From Euglena gracilis (taxonomy: Eukaryota): a stretch of DNA of 64,000 bases. The notes under the pieces were generated by a model. It made no database searches. It saw only the letters and a program-made list of their open reading frames with translations, and was not told the DNA's origin. Within the stretch, counting starts at the first letter, position 1. Every line of letters begins with the position of its first letter. Made by a program: the position numbers and the translations under genes. The stretch lies in contig CP154954.1 in assembly GCA_039621445.1 (NCBI GenBank), forward strand, positions 33,581,455 to 33,645,454, read 5' to 3'. This document shows, in pieces, positions 12,701 to 22,989 of the stretch.

Positions 12701-13540
12701 TGGGGTTAATCCACCTTGGTTCCCAAGACTGAAAAACTGAAAACTGTTTCCTGAGCCCTTAGATGGATGGCCACAGGGGTGTTTATTCCTGGCCTGGGTC
12801 TAGCCCCACCCTCGGAACCCCTCTTTGCGCGCTTTCCAAAAAACTTTTTGGTTCGAGTGGTCCATTAGAGGTCTCCCCTGCCTCAGGATTTGGCAAAAAC
12901 CCAGATAAAACCTGCCACAGGACTGCTGGGCTGCCACACTCGAAAACCACAATAAAAGTGGACTGAAAAATACCAAAAAACTGTGCGGATTCTCCAACAT
13001 ATGTCCCTGTCCGGGGGTAAGTTTCTCTCTGGAAAAACTGTCCCGTGACAAAAGGGACCAGCAAAAACACAAACCAAAATTCCAACCTGAAATGTCTGAT
13101 TTGTCCCCGTCGGGGATGGTGACACATTTCAATGCCGTGCCCCACCCCAAATGACATTTGGGACAAGAACCGAAAACTGAAAACTCTGAAACTGAAACTG
13201 AAAGATCATTGATCTGGCTGCCTGGACACTAGGAGAAATTCCCAAGCATCGTGGCTGGGCGTCTCCATTTAAGTGGAAAGCAACTGGGGAAAAACATGCA
13301 CCCCAGAAACCAGATTCAAAATGTTTGTCTTGGCTGTTTTTCCATAAGCCAAACTCTGTAAACTGAAAATCCAGATTTAAACTTCTGGCTGATTACGCAT
13401 CTGCCTCCAACACCAGGTCACCATGAAAAACGTATCACAAAACAATCACAAAGCCACAAGCAAACCACAAAAACATACTGATCTGTAAACTGCTGTGCGG
13501 TGCCAGTCAGTGGTTAGACCTGTGAAAAGACCTCAAAAAA

Positions 13541-14941
13541 TCACCACCACCATTGATGCGGTGGAAACCACCCCCAGCTGTTCCAGGGATTTAAATGCCA
13601 GTCCCAACCCCACCAATCTTGAAACCAACTTGGTCTCAAAAACTGAAAGTCGGTCCAAATGCTTTTGGCAGGCCTCCAGAATTTTTTTGTCTGTCTGAAT
13701 TTTCTTGGCTGTGCGGCAAAATCTGAGGAAGATTTCTCAGAAGACACTGATGACGGCTGCAAATTTATGACATGTCCAGAAGTCAGGTTCACAGGCACAA
13801 AGTTTTCTGGACTTGGAAATTTTTCACTGGGCTGTAACCTTTCAGTGATTTCAAACATTTTCAGCCGTTCCTCCAGAATCTTTTCTTCACTCTCCAGCCG
13901 TTTTGACAGAGCCTCGCCCTTCTCACACAGGGACTGGATGCTTTCAGAAAAACGGTGTTCAATTTCACTGCAAGTTCGTGTCAAAAGGTCATGAAAACCA
14001 TCTGCCAAATTTCTCAGACGGGTTTCAATTTCAGCCATCCGTCCTTCCAAGTGGCTGGACTCACTTTGGCTGGGCACTTCCTCCAGTTTCGTCAGCCTCT
14101 CGTTCAGAGAAAAAGTGTTTGAAAACAATTCTGTGATACCTGCCTCAACTTTTTGCCACCACTCATCCCAAGGGTCATAAAAAGTTTCAGGTTTTGTGAC
14201 CTCTGAAGTTTCCACACTGTCTGATTTGACACTCAGCTGTCCGGATTCAGATTCACACCGCACAACTCTCATTTGCAAAACATTTGGACAAGGGTCAAAA
14301 CTTTCTTGTTTAACTTCAGGTTCTCCTGGCAGTGAGCTTGTTGGGCTTACCCCTGACGGTTTACAAGATTGACATGGAGAAGATGAGTCAGGGCCATGAG
14401 AATGTCCAATGGCTGCTTCACATCTGAGTTTCCAAAACTCCCTCTGAGACGCCAGAAGTTCAGCCTCCCTTTTTCTTTGTTCCTCTGTTTGGGTATCACT
14501 CAATTCAATTCCCAACAATTTGAATTGGTCACTGTATTCCTTGAATTCTTTGTCATCAACAGAATCTAAAAATTCTTCACTGACAGAGTCAGTGAAGCCA
14601 CCTCTGCGTACCATGTTGGGGGTCTTGGGGGACCCTGCTCGCCCGGGGGGGCTGCTGCTTTCGCTGGGGCCACAATTTCCCTTTTCTGGCCCTGGTGGGC
14701 TCAGGCCAGGGCCTTTGGCAAGTTGGGCCCCGTTTTCAAATAAATCCACAGGCGGTAATGGGGGTGAGGTGTGCCCCCCCGACCCAGGTCCCCCTGTCTC
14801 CCCGCGTAGGATCGTTTTTAGCCTCCACTGTTTTGCCTTTTCAAACATTTGGATCAAAAGGTGAGCAAGGACAAAACCAACCCACCTACTTAGGATCAAA
14901 CAGCAGAGCACAACAAACCTGGGGCTTGAGAGGGTGGGCAA
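13541..14941 (-). CDS. Hypothetical coiled-coil protein with Trp-rich C-terminus, encoded by the tandem unit (start uncertain)
   Basis: 466-codon open frame with heptad-like segments (LNERLTKLEE, MAEIETRLRNLA, LSKRLESEEKILEERLK). Counterpart present in all four units. Confidence 0.55.
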   Translation of the reverse strand: MPTLSSPRFVVLCCLILSRWVGFVLAHLLIQMFEKAKQWRLKTILRGETGGPGSGGHTSPPLPPVDLFENGAQLAKGPGLSPPGPEKGNCGPSESSSPPGRAGSPKTPNMVRRGGFTDSVSEEFLDSVDDKEFKEYSDQFKLLGIELSDTQTEEQRKREAELLASQREFWKLRCEAAIGHSHGPDSSSPCQSCKPSGVSPTSSLPGEPEVKQESFDPCPNVLQMRVVRCESESGQLSVKSDSVETSEVTKPETFYDPWDEWWQKVEAGITELFSNTFSLNERLTKLEEVPSQSESSHLEGRMAEIETRLRNLADGFHDLLTRTCSEIEHRFSESIQSLCEKGEALSKRLESEEKILEERLKMFEITERLQPSEKFPSPENFVPVNLTSGHVINLQPSSVSSEKSSSDFAAQPRKFRQTKKFWRPAKSIWTDFQFLRPSWFQDWWGWDWHLNPWNSWGWFPPHQWWW

Positions 14942-15280
14942 GTACCTTTGAATTCAGGTGTTGAGTGGGAGAAAGAATGTGGAAATGAATGCCTTGATTT
15001 CCTTGGATAATTGAATTGTCCTTTTTGATCTTTCAATTTTCAATTGACTTTTGTGCTTTTGTGATTCTCAATTCGAATTCTCAAATTCTTGCTGGAATTT
15101 GCTGGTGTTCCAATTCCACTCGCGTGGCGGTTGACTTGCTTTGGATATTCCTACTGGGGTTTTTGGGAATTTTCTGGGAAATTTTTGGCTGCCGACGCCA
15201 GCGGCAGCCGACAACTCTCACCCGCACAGGACTTCGGCCTAACCCAGCACACCAGAGTAATCCAAAAAAAAAAATAAGGC

Positions 15281-16260
15281 GGCAAGGCGCAAGGGCGCAA
15301 ACCAGAAGGGCCCGGCGAGGAGGTCCGAGGGAAACGGAGTATTGCGTCCCTGAGGAGCTCCTTCCACCGCACCTGTTTACCATCCGGGGATGCAACTCCT
15401 GCAGTTTGACCCAGACAGCCGGATCGGAAGAGCGGTGGGTTCCTTCGAACAAGAGAACTTGCAGGGCCTTCGCAGGGGCCCCTTCCCCCACCAACGTGCG
15501 GGCACGGCGGAGAACAGCGGCCGGTATGGCGGCGGGCTCGGTGCGTGCTCTTTTGGCTGCCCGCGTCTCGATGGACGCTGGTGGGAGACGGGTGGCGTTT
15601 CTCAGCTCTGTCATCAGCGTTCCATTGTCCCCTTGCCGGAACAGTTGGACGCGCCGCCTGATCGCGGTGGAGATGTCCTCATCGGCCTCACGCCCCGCAC
15701 TTTGGACTGTCCGAAGCAGTTTGGGGAAGGCGAGGGTGGCGAACAGGCTGTCCATGGTTGGCCTGCTGACGTATTCCTCTATGACATTGGAGAGGGTCTC
15801 GGACACGTCACGTTGGTTGGCCGCAGGCACATGAAGGATCGTGTTTGCGCGGCAGAGGAAGACCTCCTGGAGGTTGGCCGGCTGGGGCGGGATGGTGATT
15901 CCGGGCGGGCCACCGTGACGGAGGTCAGAGTTCTTTCCGCTTTGGTCGACCACCACAGCCGCGGGTGTGTCGTCAGCTGGGTGTGCTAAATCGTTTTGTG
16001 CTGTCACGAGGCGCCTCCGCGGACACGACAACCGACGTGGCTGACCTCTTTCTGCCTCCCGGCGGACCTGGGTTGCTTTCAATGTCCCCGCAGTACAAGA
16101 GGCTCCCTCGGCCCGTCTTGGCGGGCGCTCGGCAATAGGGGAGTTGTCCATTAGGTTGATCATAATGTGGTCCACGGTGCACCGGGGAGTCACGGCAGGT
16201 AAGCGCGATTCCCCTTCGGCGATTGGTTGGGAAAGCCCTCCTACACACCGGCGCCGCCAA
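15281..16260 (-). mobile_element. Inverted 5' part of CRE element B (2A, N-terminal region, up to SSPGPSGLRP)
   Basis: Minus-strand frames give GRGSLLYCGDIESNPGP, LAFPKLLR, RARTLVGEGAPAKALQVL and FPRTSSPGPSGLRP. Confidence 0.85.
16063..16113 (-). other. 2A-like peptide GRGSLLYCGDIESNPG|P
   Basis: 14/17 identical to Thosea asigna T2A GRGSLLTCGDVEENPGP. Confidence 0.9.
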
Positions 16261-16267
16261 GGACTAA

Positions 16268-18190
16268 GTGGGCCGGCTGAGTCCCCTGCAGGTAGGGGTT
16301 GGGGTCCCCAATGCGTCCGAATCCGTCGCCATGGCAACCCAAAGTCTGGTCCGGAAACTGGATCCGCAGGGGAACTGGGCCATTCTTCAGGTGGACCTGA
16401 AGAACGCCTTCAACACACCGGACAGAAATGTCCTTCTACAAGAAGCGCAAACGCGCACTCCAGCGCTTTTCAACTACCTGCGCTTCGCCTACGGCCAGCC
16501 GGCACCGTTGTTCAGCGGAGGACGCGTGCTCCACTCCACGAGAGGCACACACCAGGGTTGCCCCCTGGGACCCCCTGGCTTTGCAGTGGGCCTCCACACC
16601 ATCAGCGAGACCATCAGCCAGCAAGCAGAGTTGCTCTGGTCCTCATGGTACCTGGATGATGGGGTGCTTGTCGGTGAGCCCTGGGCTTTGCAGAAGTGCC
16701 TCGAGTTCCTGCGGACCGAAGGCGCACGCAACGGGGTCCAATTGAACCCGGCGAAATGCGTCGTATGGGGTCCGGCTGCTGGCGCACTCCCTGACCGCGA
16801 GAAGGTTCAAGTTGTACCCTGGGTCGAGGGCTCTGGGATCACTGTCCTGGGCTGCCCCGTCGACTTCCCAACCACGGCAGGGCACACAGTGGCAGCATGG
16901 ACGGAGGCAACAACCAAGCTGGAACAGGCTGCGGACCTAGTCACCTCGGTCACTGACCCCCAGCTGGCGCACCACATCCTGAGGTCTTGACTGGACGGCT
17001 GCAGAGTTAACCACCTCCTGCGCGCCTCTGATCCCTACCAGGCGCAGGGTGAAGTGATTCGGTGCAGTGAGACGATCTTCGGTGCCTTTAAGGACATCAT
17101 CGGCCAAGCCCTCAGCACAGACCACCGCCTGCAGGCCTCGCTACCGCTGTCACAAGGTGGGTGTGGCCTTCGTATTCCCGCCTCCCACCAAGCAGCAGCC
17201 CGTACCGCCGCCCTGTGCCAGTTCTACACACATGGACATAAGCGGGTCGCATGTCCAAGCTACGCGGCCGCCCCGGACGACCGGCTCTGCCAGCAAGCCG
17301 CCAGTGACCTTGGCTCCGTCCTCGGCACCCGTCACCCTGAGAGCAACCGGCTGACAGCATCAGCAGCCTTCGCCTCTGCATCGGCAAATGACACCTCGCA
17401 GAAATGGTGGCAGACCCAACTATCCAAGGCCCATGTGGACGCCCTCATCGCCACGTGGTCTGCAAGGGACCAGACACGTCTTATGGAACAGCTCAACGGT
17501 ATCGGCCACGGCTGGATGGCAGCAGCCCCCAATGAGGCTCTGCACACGGTGATTGAGCCCACCGACTACTGCCTTGGCCTAAAGTGGTGGCTTGGGCTGC
17601 CCCTGGCTGACACGCCAACCACGTGCGCGGGGTGCCATTCTGTGGCAGACATCCACGGGGATCACGACATGTGCTGCATTCGGAACAACTTTGCAAGCCG
17701 ACACAACGCCGTTCAGGAAGCCTTATTCAACCTCCTTTCCGCGAACGGCCAGAGTGTCCAACGCGAGGTGCCAGTACCAAACCAGCCAGACGCCTCCCTG
17801 CGACCAGCGGACCTGTTGCTGGCAACATGGCAAGACGGGAAACCGACCGCGGTAGACATCGCGGTTGCACACGGCTGGCAGTCTGCTGAGAGGACAGCGT
17901 CCAGGGAACGATGGAGAACCTTCCTCAAACGGAAGGAGACCGCAAAGCACGCCAAGTACTACATATTGTGCCGAAACGGGGGCTGGTCCTTTGCCACGCT
18001 GGCATTTGGGACATGGGGAGGCCTGGGCCCGGAGAGCGCCAAGCTGCTGACAAGACTGATCGAACGATCGACCTCCTGGGATCAAGGCGACGTGCGTTTG
18101 ACGCGGCAGGCTGAGAGCTACCAGAGCTTGGCATTGGCCCTGTTCAAGCAGATCACTCAGTTGCTACGACCGAAGCATGTGCTTCGCTGA
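16268..18190 (+). pseudogene. RT plus restriction-like endonuclease of CRE element B; in-frame TGA at 16988
   Basis: QVDLKNAFN, GTHQGCPLGP, WYLDDG, CAGC..HDMCC, RHNAVQ, RPADLL, AVDIAV, KHAKY. ORFs 16268 and 17054 share one frame. Confidence 0.9.
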
Positions 18191-18717
18191 TTCACTGTCT
18201 AACATCTGACAGCGATACCAGCAACACGGACCTCGACCCGGCTGACCCCGGCTGGCCACTACACGTCTCCACCGGCGGCTCATCTACCTCCGACAAAAGA
18301 TCAGGACAAGGCACGACGCAGATGGCCGCCCAAAGGGCGAGGCCATCGGCGCAAACGATACACAAAGGCATTCATCCGCTACCGGCATTCCCGGCACAGA
18401 GGGCGCACCAAGACAGCCTACGAAGCAGCCACTGCTCCCAGAACACGGACAATACGGTTCAACGCTACAGGCACAAGCCTCTACTGCCGCTGCCCGCGGG
18501 CACCTTAACCTCCCTGCCATTCAACCACCTCCTCACCCACTTTCTCCCACGCCCCGCGAACCTCCTCACCCTGTCATCCCCTTGCGCTTTATACTTTATA
18601 ATGAAGATGGGCTTTGCCCGTTTTCCACCCGCTGAGCCCTGCGACAGTCGATACCTCTGCCTATCCATGGGGTTCCCCCTTCTGTCCATAGCCCCTGTCT
18701 CCCCGGAACACTCAAAT

Positions 18718-18761
18718 CCAGTAGGCTGTGCCACTGGTCGGTGGATTCGGTTCGCCCCACC
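18718..18761 (+). other. Conserved 3'-terminal double hairpin (element B)
   Basis: CCAGT-A-GGC-TGT-GCC-ACTGG-TC-GGTGG-ATTC-GG-TTCG-CC-CCACC; recurs at nine places in the window. Confidence 0.8.
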
Positions 18762-21700
18762 ACAGTATTTTTGTCTCATGTGGAAAAAAAACGACGACTT
18801 GCAGCCTTCTTCTCACTGGAGAAGGACACGGTGGTGGGGCGAGCCGAGTCCACCGACTAGTGGCACAGCCTACTGGATTTGAGTGCTCAGGGGGAGGGCT
18901 ATATACAGAAGCGGAAGCAGCAGTCTGTCAGAGGTAGAGGTACAGGAGAAGGCGTGTAAAGCCGAGCGGTCTTGGTAGCAGCGGAGACGGAGGGACGAGG
19001 GGAAACTTGGCGGATGAGGTGCGTTGGGGGTGAGAGGCGGAGGGCGTGGTGGCTGGTGTGTGTGTGTGTGTGTGTGTTTTGTGTGTGCTTGCGGTTTTTT
19101 TTTTGGAGGGATGGGATGTGAGATTGGTAGGTCATCTTTGCTCAATCCATTGCATATGGGCTATGGGTGGTGGGATCCACCTCTCCAGATGGCTCCGCCA
19201 CCGCACCCCATGCCAGCTGGCGGGCCACTTCTCTTGCCAATGTGAGACTCAGGGTTTGCCAGACGGAGGCTTTAGATGAGCGTCGTTGAAAAAACATCTG
19301 TTTGAGCCAATACAGTGCGGAGGCATTTGGTGATGAAGGTTGCAGCCTGCTCCCCCACGCCCCCAAAGCAGTCCAGCACGAATGGGATGAACGAACGAAC
19401 GAACAAATGAATGAATGAACGTCCACCCAAGGCGTTCACAGGTGGCTGCGTATTTGCGGCATTTTTTGGCTTCCTGTAATTCGTGCCACCGTGCTACGGC
19501 TTCTTTTGTGGAGACCGGATTGGCTGGCTGGAGCGGGTGACGCACCGTGACATCCACTGCTGCGGGTCCGTCAGCATCGTCCCTGGTAATGAAGACATCG
19601 CCGAGCCTTGTCTGGTTGTCTGCCACCTCTTCTCTTCGGGCCATGAATCCCGCTTTCCTTGCAAGCTCCACGACAAACGTTTGAAGGGCACCATGTCGCC
19701 GCAAAGTGTTGTTTTTTGGGCAGCAGACAAGGCGATTTCCGCCAAAGTCCATTTGCTGGTGGCAACGAGGGCATTCTGGCAAGGAACCATCTGGCATTGT
19801 CGGGCAAATTGCACACCCTAGAGACCATTGCGTCAGCGCTCTGAATTCGGCTGGTGGAATGAGTGTTTTCAGTGGAGCAGAGGGATTAACCGCAGCCCAG
19901 GCCATGGCGTGTGGCTTCCGCTGGCAGGTAAAACGGACTGCGTCGTTTCCTGCAAAGCTGCCCAAAAGTAGGTCAGCCCGTACTTTTACGACCTCATATG
20001 TCCAAAACTTCTGTCTCGTCATTGTGGGGGACAAGGAGCTCACTTTGCTTGGGTCCGCAAGGATGTCAGTGAGAGGTGCCAACCCTTTGTTGAGACTCGA
20101 AATTAGCAAGCCCGTCTCGCCATGGTCACGTGGAAGCTGAGGGCAGCCTTCCGGTTGGCCCAGAGTGCTGTGGGAGAGGAAACCCAGGATAGCTGCCCAT
20201 CTGGCCGGTGTTCTGGCTGCTTCTGGGTCTCGGATCCCCAGTCCTCCCAAGCGGACAGGAAGTGAGGCCTGTGCCCATTGTTTGTCGTCCATTGGGCGGG
20301 CGGTGATGACCGACATTGTGTCCCGTAGGATGCTGGAGGAGGAATGGCACTGTATTTTAGCACCCGAGAGGCGCGTGGTTCGCAGCAAATCATTCACTTT
20401 GCAGGCATCAAGGCATTGCCTGAGCACAGTGAATTGTAGATGCGGTGACGGCACCAATTGTAACAGGTGGCACGCCTTCTGGACACCGGTGAGGCGCTCC
20501 TCCCAAAGGAGGGAGGCAAATTCAGGCGTTCCACCCGGGTGGCAAACAGGCGCGCCGAGTGCGCGAATGCCGGTGCCGGCTGTGAAAGGCTCGACCGGGA
20601 TGCCCTGAAGGATGCCTTCTCCGTGCTCCACAAAGGCTGGACCACACAGTCTGCATTTCGCCAAGTTGAGACCTACACCAATCCGTGGTCCCTCAGATAC
20701 AATCAACCAAACTGCCCTCTCAAGCTGCTCCGGTGTGCCCATGACGTGGGCATCATCCAGGTACCAGGCTTGCCAGCCCACGATGCCTTGCAGTTTGTCC
20801 AGCAATGGCTGTATCCCGAGGGCAAATGCGGCCGGCCCGCACGGGTCCCCTTGCTGCACACCAGACTTGCTTCGGAGGGATGTCTTTCCCAGATACAACC
20901 GAGAATGGCGTGCGTAGCAGCTCTCCAACCACGGCAGCAGGGAGGGGACATCTATCGGCGACCTCGGCCAGTAAGTTCTCTCTTGATATGCAATTGAATG
21001 CATTTGAGAAATCCAGCTGGAGTAACCCCCAGTCAACCTTCCCGATATGGGACAGGCCGTCAACTATCTGCTGAATGCCCATGCTTATCAATGCGCATGC
21101 GTCCGGTACACCTACCCCCAGCTGTTGTGGCAAGGCGGTAGCCAGGGAGCGGCGGACTTCTGTGTGGCGCATTAGCACTTTTGCCACCAGGCGTCGGAGG
21201 GTTTCCCCGGCAGCAATGGGCCGTGTGCCTTCCTCTTCAGGGGATGTTTTGTTTACGGGGTCGGTGGGTGCGCCGGTCCCTGTTTTTGTTTTGCGGAGTG
21301 GCGTGAGGCGATCCGCACATAGCACTTGCGCTGGTCCATCAGGGATTCCCTTCATTACACAACCGAAGACAAATTCTGTCAACTCGTCCAGGAGGTCTTC
21401 TGCAAAGCTGCCAGCTTCATCACTGAGGAGGGACTTCAGATGTTCAGGACGCAGTCCTGAAGGGCCTGCGGATGATTCAGGGCCGAAGCGCCGTACTGCC
21501 TGTTTCACCATGCGGCGGTCATCTGCCAAGTCCTCGCAGCGAGAGGGTGGTTTTAACCTTGTGGGAGGGCCCCTTCCTGGTTCTTTCTCTGTTGGGTGCA
21601 TTCGGCGTAATCTCTCCCGCACAACGGGATGAGCCGCATCCTGGACTCCTTCGGAGAGAAGTAACTGGCATGCCTTGCCCACGGCTCCTCTCGCCACCGG

Positions 21701-22332
21701 CGTCTCCATCCGACGGATAAACCAATCTGTTAGTTTGCGGAGGATCGGGTGGATACCGAGGAGGCTGGATTTACGGCCGGCTTTTTCGAATTCTGCCAGG
21801 AGACGGCGGCCGGCTGTGTAAGGTAGGCTCGTGCCCTCGTACTGATGGTCCTTCCCAACTGAGCCCAGTGATTCCTGCCAGCGCGTGGCAAGGGTGCCAG
21901 CACTGCCTTGGGCATGCACCAGAGTGCGTGTGAGGACTCCCATGAAGGGTGTCTGTTGTAGTCCTTCAGAAGAGAGGAGTAGAGTTGGGAGACCGCCTGT
22001 ACGGCGCCACGAGGGATGTGTGAGACCGTGCCCCTGAGGTCCTGTGCGATGCCATCCCAGGTTGGTTCGAGCGTCGGACAGCGTTGTGAGAAGGGGGTCC
22101 CAGGCGTTCTGCAGCCCGGCAGAAATGGCTGGGGTGGGCCATCTGTTTCCATGGCTGCCGTCGCTGCTGTAACCTGGACAGTCGTGGGCGCGGCAAGGGC
22201 AGGCAATGGGTCATCCAATTCAATGGCCACCAATAATTCCGGGTCCAGGTTGGTCCCACTTTCAGTCGGCCGTGAAAGAGCAGCATCCTGCCTTCGTGTT
22301 TGGCGGCCTCTCTCCGTTGGCTACCCTGTGCG

Positions 22333-22386
22333 TGGGCCAGGGTTTTCTTCAACGTCGCCACACGACAGTAGCCCGCCTCTTCCCCG
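22333..22386 (-). other. 2A-like peptide RGRGGLLSCGDVEENPG|P
   Basis: 15/18 identical to T2A EGRGSLLTCGDVEENPGP. In frame with the downstream element ORF (21730-22233) across a single TAG. Confidence 0.92.
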
Positions 22387-22429
22387 TAGGTGGAAACCCC
22401 ACGCTATTACGGCTGGAATTGTGCTGAGC

Positions 22430-22989
22430 CCTGGGGCAAAATTTGACGGCATTACGGCCTTGGGCCCTGGAGCCACATCTGTGAAACACTTTTCCGTGCC
22501 CGTTTTGGCTTGAGACGTGTTGAGCCCTGGGGCCAAATTTGACAGCATCATGGCTGAAGCCTTGGGCCCTGGGGCCACATCTGTGAAAAACTTTTCTGTG
22601 CCAGTTTTGGCTTGAAATGTGTTGGCTGAAGCCTTGGGCCCTGGGGCAACATCTCTGAAAAACTTTTCTGTGCCAGATTTAGTTGGAAAAGTGTTGAGCC
22701 CTGTGGCAAAATTTGACAGCATCATGGCAAAAGCCTTGGGCCCTGGGGCCACATCTGTGAAAAACTTTTCTGTGCCAGTTTTGGCTTGAAATGTGTTGAG
22801 CCTTGGGGCAAAATTGGACAGCATCATGGCTGAGGCCTTGGTCCCTGGGGCAAGATCTCTGAAAAATTTTTCTGTGCCAGATTTGGTTTGAAATGTGTTG
22901 AGCCCTGGGGCAGAATCTGGGAGCATCATGGCAAAAGTCTGGGGCCCTGGGACCACCTCTCTGAAATGTTTAGAAGGCCCTGGGGCCAT
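22430..22989 (-). repeat. Coding minisatellite, 102-nt/34-aa unit (DVAPGPKASAMMLSNFAPGLNTFQAKTGTEKFFT), ~5.5 copies
   Basis: ccctgg anchors at 22465, 22567, 22639, 22741, 22843 and 22945 (spacing 102/72/102/102/102). Confidence 0.9.

Larger units (their letters stand above)
3118..15213. repeat. Tandem array of a ~5.15-5.3-kb unit (~2.1 units; TRIM inserted near the start)
   Basis: Anchor gccgacgccagcggcagccgaca at 4761, 10046 and 15191. The first unit is more diverged than the second. Confidence 0.95.
18833..22989 (-). mobile_element. Near full-length CRE element C: repeat leader-2A-RT-RLE-3'UTR; one stop and several frameshifts
   Basis: SSAGPSGLRPEHL, RPIAAGETLRR, QLDFSNAFN, GVQQGDPCGP, WYLDDA, CPRC..CC, RRHGALQ, GDVFI, AVDVTV, KCRKY. 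3' hairpin motif at 18833-18876. Confidence 0.93.

Noticed and set aside
15081-16337. 418-aa ORF (and the 436-aa ORF at 38266-39576) as a gene
   Set aside because: Chimera of antisense RT, the inverted element N-terminus and satellite sequence.
16988-16990. Stop-codon reassignment explaining in-frame stops
   Set aside because: Stops are of all three types (TGA 16988 and 60902, TAG 22321, TAA 62156), are mixed with frameshifts, and are single-base changes from expected residues; ordinary decay.
22430-22989. CRISPR-like array
   Set aside because: Whole units are repeated with no unique spacers and no cas genes; eukaryotic context.
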